Virus record (IMG/VR): IMGVR_UViG_3300027747_002427 | Origin: a virus | Taxonomy: Duplodnaviria; Caudoviricetes | Direction: 5' to 3' (one strand) | Length of the DNA stretch: 64,000 nucleotides | Shown: in pieces, positions 41,792 through 50,437 of the stretch | How positions within the stretch are numbered: the stretch's first letter is position 1 | Layout: each line of letters starts with the position of its first letter | Notes under the pieces: model-generated | Told to the model about the DNA's origin: nothing | The model's database searches: none | What the model saw: the letters and a program-made list of their open reading frames with translations, nothing else | Program-made: the position numbers and the translations under genes

Positions 41792-42886
41792 GCTAGTAAC
41801 TGTAGCTTTGTTTCCGTGAACCACAATAGGTTCTACACCAATTACATCATCTGTGTAATTGATAATTGAGAATCCGTTTTGCCAATTACAATTAGGAGCA
41901 TAGTCTGGATCCATCTTACAAGCACAAGCATTCTCATAGTTAGTATTATAAATGTCTCCGCGAAGACCAGCTGCTGGAATTCTTTGACAAGTCATTCCCA
42001 TTCTATGAGTATGATTAGTCATAGTAGAAGTCATCTTCTTCTCCCACTCTCCACGAGCAGACATAGCTCCAATCTTTCTAACAACTGTTCCGTGATAGAC
42101 AATAAAGTTTGTTGGAAGAATAACCTCATCAACTAACTTGATTCTACTCCAGGACTCCTTAGGAAAGAAAAGATTCTGATATGAAAGTTCATCTTTAGCA
42201 ATCTCTGCTAACTCTCCAAGCTGAGCACTAAGATATCTCCAAAGCCTTCCTTCAACGGAATTACCGGAATGATTAGCATTAGTCTCTAAAATCTCTGAAC
42301 CAAATGGTTCTGTAACATCATGAAGAAGCTTTAAGAATTTATGATATGCTTCTCTCTCCTTAATAAGACTTTGCTTGTAACGAGCGTCCTTTGGATACTT
42401 GCTTACTGCAAACATATCCATAGTATCTCCATTGAGAATAACCTTCTCTGGTTTAGTCTCTGCAACGGTTTGTAAGAAAAGGTCTAAAGTATTCCAATCC
42501 TCACAACCAAAATGTGTATCTCCAATAACACAAGCAATCTTATTAGCTTCTTGTCTTACCTTTGTTCTCTCTGGTGCTGGATAAACAATAGGTGCTAACT
42601 CTTGAATAAACTGTTTAGCATCCCTATCTTGAGCAGATTGTGATAGAATAGAAGCAATGGGATCAGCTGGAACATAAACATCTTCACCATCTAATTCTCC
42701 ATCCTCTGTATAGTATTCATCTACAATAGTAGTAACTGTATGATGCTTACGACCTGATACCCAATCAAATATAGTTGATCTAGGTACTCCTAGAAGATTA
42801 GATATTTCAGTCTTAGACTTACCTTGTTGAAAGAGTTCCTGTGCTAAGGATTTCTTCTGATCGCGTGTTAGAATGTTATTAGACAT
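41768..42886 (-). CDS. N-terminal HTH plus calcineurin-like metallophosphoesterase
   Basis: KSKTEISNLLGVPRSTIFDW (HTH); GDTHFG, LNGDTMD, NANH and NHTH motifs. Confidence 0.8.
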   Translation of the reverse strand: MSNNILTRDQKKSLAQELFQQGKSKTEISNLLGVPRSTIFDWVSGRKHHTVTTIVDEYYTEDGELDGEDVYVPADPIASILSQSAQDRDAKQFIQELAPIVYPAPERTKVRQEANKIACVIGDTHFGCEDWNTLDLFLQTVAETKPEKVILNGDTMDMFAVSKYPKDARYKQSLIKEREAYHKFLKLLHDVTEPFGSEILETNANHSGNSVEGRLWRYLSAQLGELAEIAKDELSYQNLFFPKESWSRIKLVDEVILPTNFIVYHGTVVRKIGAMSARGEWEKKMTSTMTNHTHRMGMTCQRIPAAGLRGDIYNTNYENACACKMDPDYAPNCNWQNGFSIINYTDDVIGVEPIVVHGNKATVTSLGKTLRV

Positions 42887-42983
42887 TGTTTCTATATTAA
42901 TAAAGCTTTACGATATATCAAGTATTAATTTTAAAGGATTCTTTTGGGTTGATCTTTCCCTAATTATTACATATTATATATAC

Positions 42984-43610
42984 ATGAAGAATAACAACAA
43001 CCTAACAGAAGCATACACCGCAGTTTATATGGAGAACATCACCACCGAGACTGGTGCAGAGCACACCCAGGAACTCATCACCCAGCTCCTTGATTATCTT
43101 AGCAAGGGGCAGACTATTGCATCCTTCTTGTACAAGTCCAAAGGGCTTGGTGAAACCGCTCTTTACAATGTTCATTTGAATGTTGACTATAAGAAGGCTA
43201 AGGAAGAAGACTATAAGAAGCTCGAGGCTTATGAGCCAGAGACAGAATTGGAAGGTCAAGCCAAGGAGCACCTCCTTAATCTCTATCGTAATCCTAAGGC
43301 TCGCACACAGAAGCAAATGGATACCTACACCAATTATGGCAAAGGTATCAGGGTTAATAATAACAACGGCTTGTTGCATCTCTTTGGTTATAAGATCAAC
43401 AAGAGCACAGTTGCCGATGGTGTCGAGAAGAAAGACACTCGTAAGGAGCTTACAAAGGCTTGCGACGACCTCAAAGCCAAGCTTAACTTCCTTCACCAGA
43501 AGATTCGTGATTTTATTCTTGATCCTCAACACATTGCAGGTCTCAAAGCTAAGGGTAATGTGATTGAATTCCAACAGGATGACAATGGTGATAGCACCGG
43601 AGGAGTGTAA
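42984..43610 (+). CDS. Hypothetical protein under cassette-type promoter (MKNNN...)
   Basis: TTGATC(42949)-17-TATTAT-6-ATG(42984). The track start 42873 lies upstream of this promoter. Confidence 0.65.
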   Translation: MKNNNNLTEAYTAVYMENITTETGAEHTQELITQLLDYLSKGQTIASFLYKSKGLGETALYNVHLNVDYKKAKEEDYKKLEAYEPETELEGQAKEHLLNLYRNPKARTQKQMDTYTNYGKGIRVNNNNGLLHLFGYKINKSTVADGVEKKDTRKELTKACDDLKAKLNFLHQKIRDFILDPQHIAGLKAKGNVIEFQQDDNGDSTGGV

Positions 43611-43618
43611 ATAGTTTA

Positions 43619-44590
43619 GTGAATTTTAAAGAATTCTTTAAAGAAGCTAAATACCATCCTTCTAGAGCAGCAGGTCGCATATACAAAGCACCTAAAACCT
43701 GGAAGGATGTATTCTTTATCGAAAAGGATACAGCAAAGGAACCAGTTGAGAATTATAAGTTTACAGAAAATAAAACAGATAATACTATAGCTCGACTCTT
43801 TGGTTCTTTAAAGAAAGGTAATGTTCATGCCGCTAGTGTCTATGATTCACTTGTAAACACGACATCAGATTTAAAGTTATTCCTTTTCCATTTATCTAAA
43901 TCAAGAAGAGACTCTGATAAAAAATCAGAAGATCCAGTTACATTAAGATTAAGAAAAGAATATTACGATTCGGTTGTAGATAATACAGCTGCTATAGTTA
44001 ATAATTTATTAATTGAAAAACCTGATTCAACAGTTTTGTATATTCATTCAAGATCTCCTTTTAACGAAGCAGTTAAAGATAAAGTAGGAGCAACCGATAA
44101 ACAATTAGTACCTAAGAATACTTTAGGTGATCTAGTAGAAAGATATAGAAAAGATCCTTATTGTATTGATAAATTAGTTTCTGCTAAGAACACATCAGTT
44201 GCTAGAAAAGATATAGCCAAAGATGCTTTGATAAAACTTTTAAATATATCTAAAGACGATGAAGAATTAAAAAATGAACCCCTTTCTGTAGAAAAAATAT
44301 CAAAACTTATTATAGATAAAGATCTTATAGATTTAAATAAAGTAGCTTCTGGTGATATACAATTTGCTTCAAGATCAAATTATCTTCAAGCAGCATTTCT
44401 TCCGGAAGGTTTCTTTAATTTTGAAAATGTAAAATTAGAAAACAAATCTGTAATAGTTATAGACGATAATATTAATACCAAAGCAACCTATGATGAGATC
44501 AATCAAAAGATCAAAGAGAAGTATGGATACAAAAATATTGATTGGGTCGTTGGAGTTATTCCTAACGATGTATTACAAACTATAAAATAA
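43619..44590 (+). CDS. Protein with C-terminal type I phosphoribosyltransferase-like motif
   Basis: SVIVIDDNINTKAT resembles the PRPP-binding loop; leader FKEFFKEA. Confidence 0.5.
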   Translation: MNFKEFFKEAKYHPSRAAGRIYKAPKTWKDVFFIEKDTAKEPVENYKFTENKTDNTIARLFGSLKKGNVHAASVYDSLVNTTSDLKLFLFHLSKSRRDSDKKSEDPVTLRLRKEYYDSVVDNTAAIVNNLLIEKPDSTVLYIHSRSPFNEAVKDKVGATDKQLVPKNTLGDLVERYRKDPYCIDKLVSAKNTSVARKDIAKDALIKLLNISKDDEELKNEPLSVEKISKLIIDKDLIDLNKVASGDIQFASRSNYLQAAFLPEGFFNFENVKLENKSVIVIDDNINTKATYDEINQKIKEKYGYKNIDWVVGVIPNDVLQTIK

Positions 44591-44591
44591 T

Positions 44592-45191
44592 ATGCAATTT
44601 AAAGAATTTATTAAAGAAGAAAGGAATGTAACGCCCGACATTAGAGATCACAATCTAGTTATTCTTTATGGTATGCCGGCTTCAGGTAAGTCAGCGGTTC
44701 TTAAATATGGTTTGATTAATCTTCCTAACATTCAAGTATTAACATCAGACAAGTGGACAGAGCTATTGGCTCGCAAAGAAAAGAAAGACTTGTCCAATCC
44801 GGAGAACACTAATGAATTGCATCATAGAGTATCTCCAAAGTTTGATAAACATCGTTACAATGCTACACACGTACGCAATAGGTCTAATATAGTTATAGAA
44901 AAGATTGGTAGTAGCTATCAAAAGCTTTTGGAACTTATAAATCAATCACAAGCAGATGGCTTTAGAATTGTATTAGTTTGGGTTAAAGTAGATTTAAAAA
45001 CATCTATAGAATCCAATCAAAGAAGAAATAGAAATGTTCCGGAAGAAAGAATTATGAATTCATATAAAAATACAGAATTACATTTCAATCAATTAGTTGA
45101 TAAAGTTGAAGAAGCATGGATCATAGATAATGACACGCATCCAAATTTCAATGACTTTAGAACTTCAAAATATATTAAAAGAATAAAATGA
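44592..45191 (+). CDS. P-loop kinase (AAA_33/zeta-toxin-like)
   Basis: LVILYGMPASGKS Walker A and SIESNQRRNRNVPE lid; leader MQFKEFIKEE. Confidence 0.7.
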   Translation: MQFKEFIKEERNVTPDIRDHNLVILYGMPASGKSAVLKYGLINLPNIQVLTSDKWTELLARKEKKDLSNPENTNELHHRVSPKFDKHRYNATHVRNRSNIVIEKIGSSYQKLLELINQSQADGFRIVLVWVKVDLKTSIESNQRRNRNVPEERIMNSYKNTELHFNQLVDKVEEAWIIDNDTHPNFNDFRTSKYIKRIK

Positions 45192-45385
45192 GAGAACAAA
45201 TAACAGAAAGTGATATGCCATTGATTTTAAAGGAGTTACAAGCATACAAAGGATCTCCTTGCGAATTATTAAAAGACGATAACGCAAGTGCATTAGCAAA
45301 GAATTGGGTTAATGCTTGGGGACCATTCTGTGAGTATTCTCAAAACCTAGAAGAGTATTACCCATTGCCTTTAAACAATTTATGA
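45188..45385 (+). CDS. Hypothetical protein
   Basis: 65-aa ORF with ATGA overlap. Confidence 0.5.
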   Translation: MREQITESDMPLILKELQAYKGSPCELLKDDNASALAKNWVNAWGPFCEYSQNLEEYYPLPLNNL

Positions 45386-45633
45386 CATTAGAAGAAGAAA
45401 AAAACTACTGGAAAGAACTAGTCGAACAAATGGCTGGTAGCATGGACAAGACAGCTATGGAATTATATAAATGGCAAGAGATTGCAGCACGTCTTGTGGA
45501 ACATATTAATCCTTATTTGGATTGGCCAGAAGATCCAAAGATGTTAGCAACCTATGCAACTCTTAAAGATTATTATTATTTAAAAAATAATGTAAAAAGA
45601 AGTTGCAATGACCAGCAATTGGAGTTAATATAA
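45382..45633 (+). CDS. Hypothetical protein
   Basis: 83-aa ORF with ATGA overlap. Confidence 0.5.
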   Translation: MTLEEEKNYWKELVEQMAGSMDKTAMELYKWQEIAARLVEHINPYLDWPEDPKMLATYATLKDYYYLKNNVKRSCNDQQLELI

Positions 45634-45644
45634 ATAAATAAGAA

Positions 45645-45958
45645 TAGATCTTTGATAATACATTTTAAAAATTGCCAGTGTGGAAACACCGAGTAGATGA
45701 TTAAGTGGCTGCTTAATCTCTACAAGCTCTCAGCCAAAGAGGCTGGCTTATAATATAAAAAGTCTTTCATACCAATAATTTCTTTAGTAATGCTACTGGA
45801 GTAACCCCTCCAACCGTCTCAAGTCGGAGCAAAATGCAGAGAGATAAAGAAAATAAGTAGACTCGTTGATCCCGTCGATACCTACTAGTGGTGAGGGATA
45901 ACGTATAAAAGAAAAATAGGAGCTAAGGTTTTAGTCAAGCCAAGGCTCCTATTTTTTT
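45645..45958 (+). ncRNA. Candidate ~310-nt highly structured ncRNA with pseudoknot and terminator
   Basis: No ORF; TAAATA upstream; about eight complementary stems including a GNRA hairpin; ATCCC/GGGAT pseudoknot; 3' stem AAAAATAGGAGC/GCTCCTATTTTT with T-tract. Confidence 0.65.
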
Positions 45959-45996
45959 ATCTTGACCTTCCTCTAATAATTTAATATTATATATAG

Positions 45997-46395
45997 ATGA
46001 TCAGCACCACAATACCTTATCAATACAATGACGGTGGCTTCAAAGATTCTGGTATCCAGGATACTAATAATTGTACTATCGTAGCGTTCGCTATCATTAC
46101 AGGGCTAGATTATACTATTGCAGATCGCATTGGAGTTAAGACCAAAAGAGTTCGTCGCCGTGGACATTGGCCAGAGAAGATGGTAAACTATTCTAAAAGA
46201 GTTCATGGACTTAAATTTCGAAAGTTTAAATTCGCTTCTATTACCTTACAGAAGTTTCTCAAGAGGTTTCCGACCGGTAGATACTATGTTGCTAATAGAA
46301 GTCATTGCTTCGCTATTATTGATGGAGTTATCCATGATCATGGCATGTTGGTCAAACCCTTTCAAATTATTAAAGAAGCCTGGCAAGTACTATGA
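45997..46395 (+). CDS. Conserved phage protein with papain-like Cys/His pattern
   Basis: NNCTIVAFAIITG...HCFAIIDG..HD; cassette-type promoter TTGACC(45962)-17-TATTAT-6-ATG. Confidence 0.5.
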   Translation: MISTTIPYQYNDGGFKDSGIQDTNNCTIVAFAIITGLDYTIADRIGVKTKRVRRRGHWPEKMVNYSKRVHGLKFRKFKFASITLQKFLKRFPTGRYYVANRSHCFAIIDGVIHDHGMLVKPFQIIKEAWQVL

Positions 46396-46742
46396 GAAAC
46401 CTAAAATTATATTTCGCAAGATTCATACCTAAGAGAGGTGGAGCCGGAGAGTTCTATAAGTTTGGACACACTCATCATTATGATTTCATGAAGAGATTTA
46501 AAGAGGACAAATATAAAGACTGGTATGTAAGTCCTATGACTTCTGCATACGGACCAGAGGACGAAGTGTTAAAAGCTGAACAAGAGCTATTAGCAAAGTA
46601 TCCTAAGAACATTTATATCGAGGAGAAGATAGTAGGAGTCACAGAGATCTTTGTTCCTAAGGACCAGAGAGAGATACAAGAGATATTTAAATACTTTGAA
46701 ACAAAGCGTTCGCTATGGTATAATTTAAGAAGCTTGAAATGA
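46392..46742 (+). CDS. GIY-YIG-like (T5orf172-type) protein
   Basis: LYFARF...FYKFGHT...KRF...E pattern. Confidence 0.45.
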   Translation: MRNLKLYFARFIPKRGGAGEFYKFGHTHHYDFMKRFKEDKYKDWYVSPMTSAYGPEDEVLKAEQELLAKYPKNIYIEEKIVGVTEIFVPKDQREIQEIFKYFETKRSLWYNLRSLK

Positions 46743-46948
46743 AAACAGATGAACAACTACACATTAAGTTTAAGGGTCAAGATTACAATGTCTTCTATAA
46801 TGCTGAAGATAATCAATTGGTTATTGGAATAAAGAAGTTCCAAGGCCAGGACATTAATGTAGATGAAGATATGGAAAGGGTATTTGCTTTGAATGAATAC
46901 CTAAGGCTAGAAGGATTCTTTCCACAATATTTTGAAATGTTGGACTAA
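46739..46948 (+). CDS. Hypothetical protein, paralog of 62263..62466
   Basis: IKFKGQDY...GI...EYLRLEGF. Confidence 0.55.
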   Translation: MKTDEQLHIKFKGQDYNVFYNAEDNQLVIGIKKFQGQDINVDEDMERVFALNEYLRLEGFFPQYFEMLD

Positions 46949-46966
46949 TTATTATAAGTAATAAAG

Positions 46967-47440
46967 ATGAAAGACCATGATCAAATTATATTAGAACAAG
47001 CTTATACTAATAAGATTGTTAAGCCTCGTAAGATTCTCTTAGAAGACTTAGCTGACAATGAGTATGAAGCAGAAGTAGAATTAGATTTATTCCATTCCAG
47101 AGAGCCTAATGGATATTCTTTAGATGATTATGGCATTAAGGTTAGAGTTCGTTATACCTTAGAGCTTGATATAAGAAGCTATGGTATCAAAGATGTTTCT
47201 GTATATGGTTTAAAGATAGATCCTTTTACAGTAGATTGGTATGAGGGAGAAGAAGGTGAGAAGCCAGCTCCTATTGAGGTCAATGTAGAAGATGCTAGTG
47301 GCATTAAGATAGATACCGGAAGTGATCGTAGTATTACATTACCATTCTATCCGGTGACCTTAGAGCTTCATTTGGATGATAATTTCAAAGTAATACCTGA
47401 GCAGTCTTCTTTAATATTCAATCAGAGTAACGGGTTGTAA
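46967..47440 (+). CDS. Hypothetical protein with leader MKDHDQIILEQAY
   Basis: TAAGTA ends 6 nt upstream. Confidence 0.6.
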   Translation: MKDHDQIILEQAYTNKIVKPRKILLEDLADNEYEAEVELDLFHSREPNGYSLDDYGIKVRVRYTLELDIRSYGIKDVSVYGLKIDPFTVDWYEGEEGEKPAPIEVNVEDASGIKIDTGSDRSITLPFYPVTLELHLDDNFKVIPEQSSLIFNQSNGL

Positions 47441-47468
47441 TTGGTTTAAAACCTATTATAATAGTATT

Positions 47469-47600
47469 ATGAAATGTGCAATATTCATAGCTATTGGTTT
47501 TCTTATTTGTTTATATATAAAGACAGAAGACTTTAAGAAGATTAAACTACCGATTGACTTACCTAATTTTAGGTATCACGTTGATCTTATCAAGAAGTAA
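47469..47600 (+). CDS. 43-aa membrane-anchored peptide (not in track)
   Basis: TTGTAA-16-TATAAT-6-ATG; hydrophobic N-terminus. Confidence 0.45.
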   Translation: MKCAIFIAIGFLICLYIKTEDFKKIKLPIDLPNFRYHVDLIKK

Positions 47601-47629
47601 TACCCCATTCCATATGGATAAGTATCTAT

Positions 47630-47812
47630 ATGGAATCTCCAAGCCCAGAAGTTCTTGTTGAGCTTCTATTAAAGAACAAGAAGTCACCAGAATACATTAT
47701 AGAGATATTAGTTAATATACTCAAGCAACAGATGATGTATGGAGGTTCTGTGAGTGATAAGCTAGACTATGAAATTCATAGAGCTAAGCAAGACTCTTAT
47801 TTCCTAACGTAG
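47630..47812 (+). CDS. Hypothetical protein (KSPEYII motif)
   Basis: 60-aa ORF; TAAGTA ends 5 nt upstream. Confidence 0.5.
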   Translation: MESPSPEVLVELLLKNKKSPEYIIEILVNILKQQMMYGGSVSDKLDYEIHRAKQDSYFLT

Positions 47813-48429
47813 ATATAGTAACGATCTTGGTTTGTATCTATAGTACCGAAGTCCCAGGAGAGCTGTTTAGAGAAATAAGGAGACATACGATCATAGAGTC
47901 TGACTCTTGAGGGTTCTGCCTTAGAAGCTGAGAGTACAACTACGTTAATGTCGGGAATGTTTATACGTTTGAGATCCCCTTTGTCTTCCAGTGGCTTTAA
48001 AGTATCAAGACTTAGAGACTTTGGCCAGAGAACATCTTTCTTAGTTCTCTTAAATAGGATAGCCTTTTTGTAAACAAAGTCCTTGAGAGAAGACATAACC
48101 GTGCCGAATACTTGAGGAGATGACCCGGAACCCGTTAAGGCATGAGGATCCTTTTCGTCGTCTTCATAACCTTCTTCATTAAAGGATAGTATATAGGGAG
48201 CATTATTCTCTAAGGCTTTCTTGATATTAGGAGATAGCGTATCAACTTCCGTAGTAGAAAAGGTATCATAGATATAGGTTCTCAATAGATTAATAGCATA
48301 GTTAACATTAGATGGAGAAGTAAAGGAGCTTCTGTACATCTCATCACTTAAGAGTTCTATCCAACAAGAAGATGATGGACTATCGAATAGCTCTAATAAT
48401 AGAGAATGGACTTGTTTATCAAATTTCAT
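47797..48429 (-). CDS. Conserved phage protein (TGSG...VFGTV...SRVRLYDRM), leader MKFDKQVHSLLLE
   Basis: 210-aa ORF, ATGA-coupled to the upstream gene. Confidence 0.6.
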   Translation of the reverse strand: MKFDKQVHSLLLELFDSPSSSCWIELLSDEMYRSSFTSPSNVNYAINLLRTYIYDTFSTTEVDTLSPNIKKALENNAPYILSFNEEGYEDDEKDPHALTGSGSSPQVFGTVMSSLKDFVYKKAILFKRTKKDVLWPKSLSLDTLKPLEDKGDLKRINIPDINVVVLSASKAEPSRVRLYDRMSPYFSKQLSWDFGTIDTNQDRYYIYVRK

Positions 48430-48683
48430 TTCTTTTTCCAGGAGATACGTTTAGATCCCTTCTTGAGCTTCTTTCTATTATTACACATGGCCATAGTAGG
48501 TCGACAAGCTGGATAACCTTTACGCTTCTCTCCTGCTTGACGACCACAGGACTTACCAGTCTTGCAATCCACCCAGCCCTTGTGACCATCGGCTCCTCGG
48601 CGAGAGAACCAGCCATGAAGACCCTGTTCTTTTTCTTTCTCAAAGCCTTCTAAGATAGTAGTAACTAAAGAATCAAATCTCAT
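48426..48683 (-). CDS. Small basic Cys-containing protein (WVDCKTGKSCGR...YPACRP), leader MRFDSLVTTILE
   Basis: ATG 48683 overlaps the TGA of 48680..48841 and is preferred to the track start 48713. Confidence 0.6.
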   Translation of the reverse strand: MRFDSLVTTILEGFEKEKEQGLHGWFSRRGADGHKGWVDCKTGKSCGRQAGEKRKGYPACRPTMAMCNNRKKLKKGSKRISWKKK

Positions 48684-48841
48684 TTCTTTTTCCAGATCTC
48701 TCCTCGGCGACATCTTACAACGGCACCCGACTTATAGGCCGAGGTCTTCTTTCCATAGACTGCATCGGCTTTTCTAAGACAACGATCTCGTTTGACCTTC
48801 TTTTCTTCTAGGATATTAGCTACTAAGGTATCAAACTTCAT
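48680..48841 (-). CDS. 53-aa basic protein (SAYKSGAVVRCRR), leader MKFDTLVANILEE (not in track)
   Basis: Translated by hand; TAAATA lies upstream on the minus strand. Confidence 0.65.
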   Translation of the reverse strand: MKFDTLVANILEEKKVKRDRCLRKADAVYGKKTSAYKSGAVVRCRRGEIWKKK

Positions 48842-48909
48842 ATAGTATTATTTATAGTATTGTCGGGAGTTTTCTCCAATAATATAATATAGTAGAATAA
48901 ATAATAATA

Positions 48910-49359
48910 ATGAAATTCGATAGACTATTTAAACAATATAGTGAAGGTTATAGAAGACCCTCATATCTTCCTCATTATACTAAGACCTGGCATGATTATA
49001 GAGATCAACAAAACGATCGCAATCATGGACTCGAAAGAGAAGAAGAACCATTAATACCTGCTGGGTATTATAAAAGTAACCCGGAAACCGATCTTAAAAC
49101 CCAAGTATTAAGAAACAAACGTACCGGAAAATATATGATGGCCAGAGAAGATAAAACCAAAATTGCTACCTTTAAGTCTATTAGTCACGCAAAGAATGTC
49201 TTGAGTAAATTTAAATTCGGTGCCAATGATATGGAGATAGTCGCCGCGGATAGTTTATCAGAACCCGACAAGGAAAAAATATATCAAGCACCAAGACAAC
49301 CAGATAAATTTAAAACTATCTGGGGAGTACCTAATGTCCCAGGCGGAGATATAGATTAA
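48910..49359 (+). CDS. Hypothetical protein, leader MKFDRLFKQYSE
   Basis: TAAATA ends 6 nt upstream. Confidence 0.6.
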   Translation: MKFDRLFKQYSEGYRRPSYLPHYTKTWHDYRDQQNDRNHGLEREEEPLIPAGYYKSNPETDLKTQVLRNKRTGKYMMAREDKTKIATFKSISHAKNVLSKFKFGANDMEIVAADSLSEPDKEKIYQAPRQPDKFKTIWGVPNVPGGDID

Positions 49360-49533
49360 TACAACCCTATAAAATAATAGAACATTAGATTCTATTAAAG
49401 TATTATATAGAATAGTATATAGTATAGAATTGATATAACCGATTTAATAGCACTCTATGATTTAATACAACATGATGTTCTATTAACGCATTTTTACTAT
49501 CATAACCAAGAAAAAATACCCCCTTTCAATAAA

Positions 49534-49573
49534 GAAAAGTTGTTAAAAATAAGGGAAAAGTTGTTAAAAATAA
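49534..49573. repeat. Tandem 19-bp direct repeat GAAAAGTTGTTAAAAATAA (period 21)
   Basis: Copies at 49534-49552 and 49555-49573. Confidence 0.85.
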
Positions 49574-49997
49574 AGAAAAAGTATTCTTTTCCCGGGAATT
49601 ATATTCTAGTAATAATACCCCTTATAAGAAGAAACCTATTATGTTATAGTATAAAATAAAGCTAATAACACCTTTTCCTCCTATATAAACAACTCTATAT
49701 ACTTTCTCAATTAGCTATTAATAGCACTTTAAGCAAGTCAAATCAAGTATACGTTCCACAAAATCCCTTATAGCTCATATAAAGACTATTAAGTTACATA
49801 AGAATCTATATAAAGACTTTAAACCCCCAAAATATTTCCTCGGTTCTTTCCCGGGAAAACATAAAGAGAAAAAGTGTATAAACCTTCCGCCCCCCAAATT
49901 TTTCCCCAGACCAATTTAATTTTATAGGAATTTTAGGGAAAAGTCAAGGAAAAAGGAGGATATTAGGAAACCCCACCCAGATAGAGGGGTATTTGAT

Positions 49998-50079
49998 AAC
50001 GACCGGTTGTTAACTTTTTTAACGACCGGTCGTTGAGATTTATAACGTCCGGTCGTTAATTTCTTAATGACCGGTCGCT
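49998..50079. repeat. Four phased 14-bp palindromes, consensus AACGACCGGTCGTT
   Basis: Copies start at 49998, 50021 (perfect), 50044 and 50066; spacing 23, 23, 22. Confidence 0.9.
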
Positions 50080-50143
50080 AGAGATTTTGGATTTAGGTAT
50101 TCTAAAGTGGGGGAAAGGGAAACTCACGTCAAAAATTCTAGGC

Positions 50144-50172
50144 TTGACCTTTCCAGAGAATTCCTATATAAT
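50144..50172 (+). promoter_or_regulatory. Consensus sigma70 promoter, rightward
   Basis: TTGACC(50144-50149)-17-TATAAT(50167-50172). Confidence 0.8.
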
Positions 50173-50207
50173 ACCCTAGGTGCAGCCGGCATTTGGGGTC
50201 CAGTTCA

Positions 50208-50236
50208 ATTATATAGGATAATAGGGGAAAGGTCAA
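50208..50236 (-). promoter_or_regulatory. Consensus sigma70 promoter, leftward (faces the 50144 promoter)
   Basis: Minus strand TTGACC(50236-50231)-17-TATAAT(50213-50208). Confidence 0.8.
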
Positions 50237-50437
50237 GCTTCGAATGCGCTAGGAATTTGAGCAGCCTCCAGTACCCTACCCTCGGATTGTCACACCCTGT
50301 TCGCCCTGTTATTTCGGATCGAGGCTCTTCCGTGTTCTGATTATGTATATATTCTATAGCAATATGGGGGAAACCTCAAGCCTATAATTTCTCAGAATCT
50401 TCTTTTCTTTTCCTACAATCCCTATTATAATAAGGGC

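Larger units (their letters stand above)
49360..50402. other. ~1-kb non-coding control region (candidate origin or genome-end region)
   Basis: Largest gap in the window, with A/T tracts, C/G runs, tandem and palindromic repeats, and no credible ORF. Confidence 0.55.

Noticed and set aside
43619-45191. Known defence system (retron, CBASS or PRTase-type) or zeta-epsilon TA pair
   Set aside because: No cognate RT, cyclase or antitoxin is adjacent; only generic motifs were seen.
45645-45958. tmRNA, RNase P or group I intron identity for the structured RNA
   Set aside because: It has no tRNA-like acceptor/T-arm ends or CCA and no recognisable P4 or P7 consensus, and it is not inside a gene.
49998-50079. 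Possible mini-CRISPR array
   Set aside because: Repeats are 14 bp and spacers 8-9 bp, far below CRISPR dimensions, and there are no cas genes in the window.
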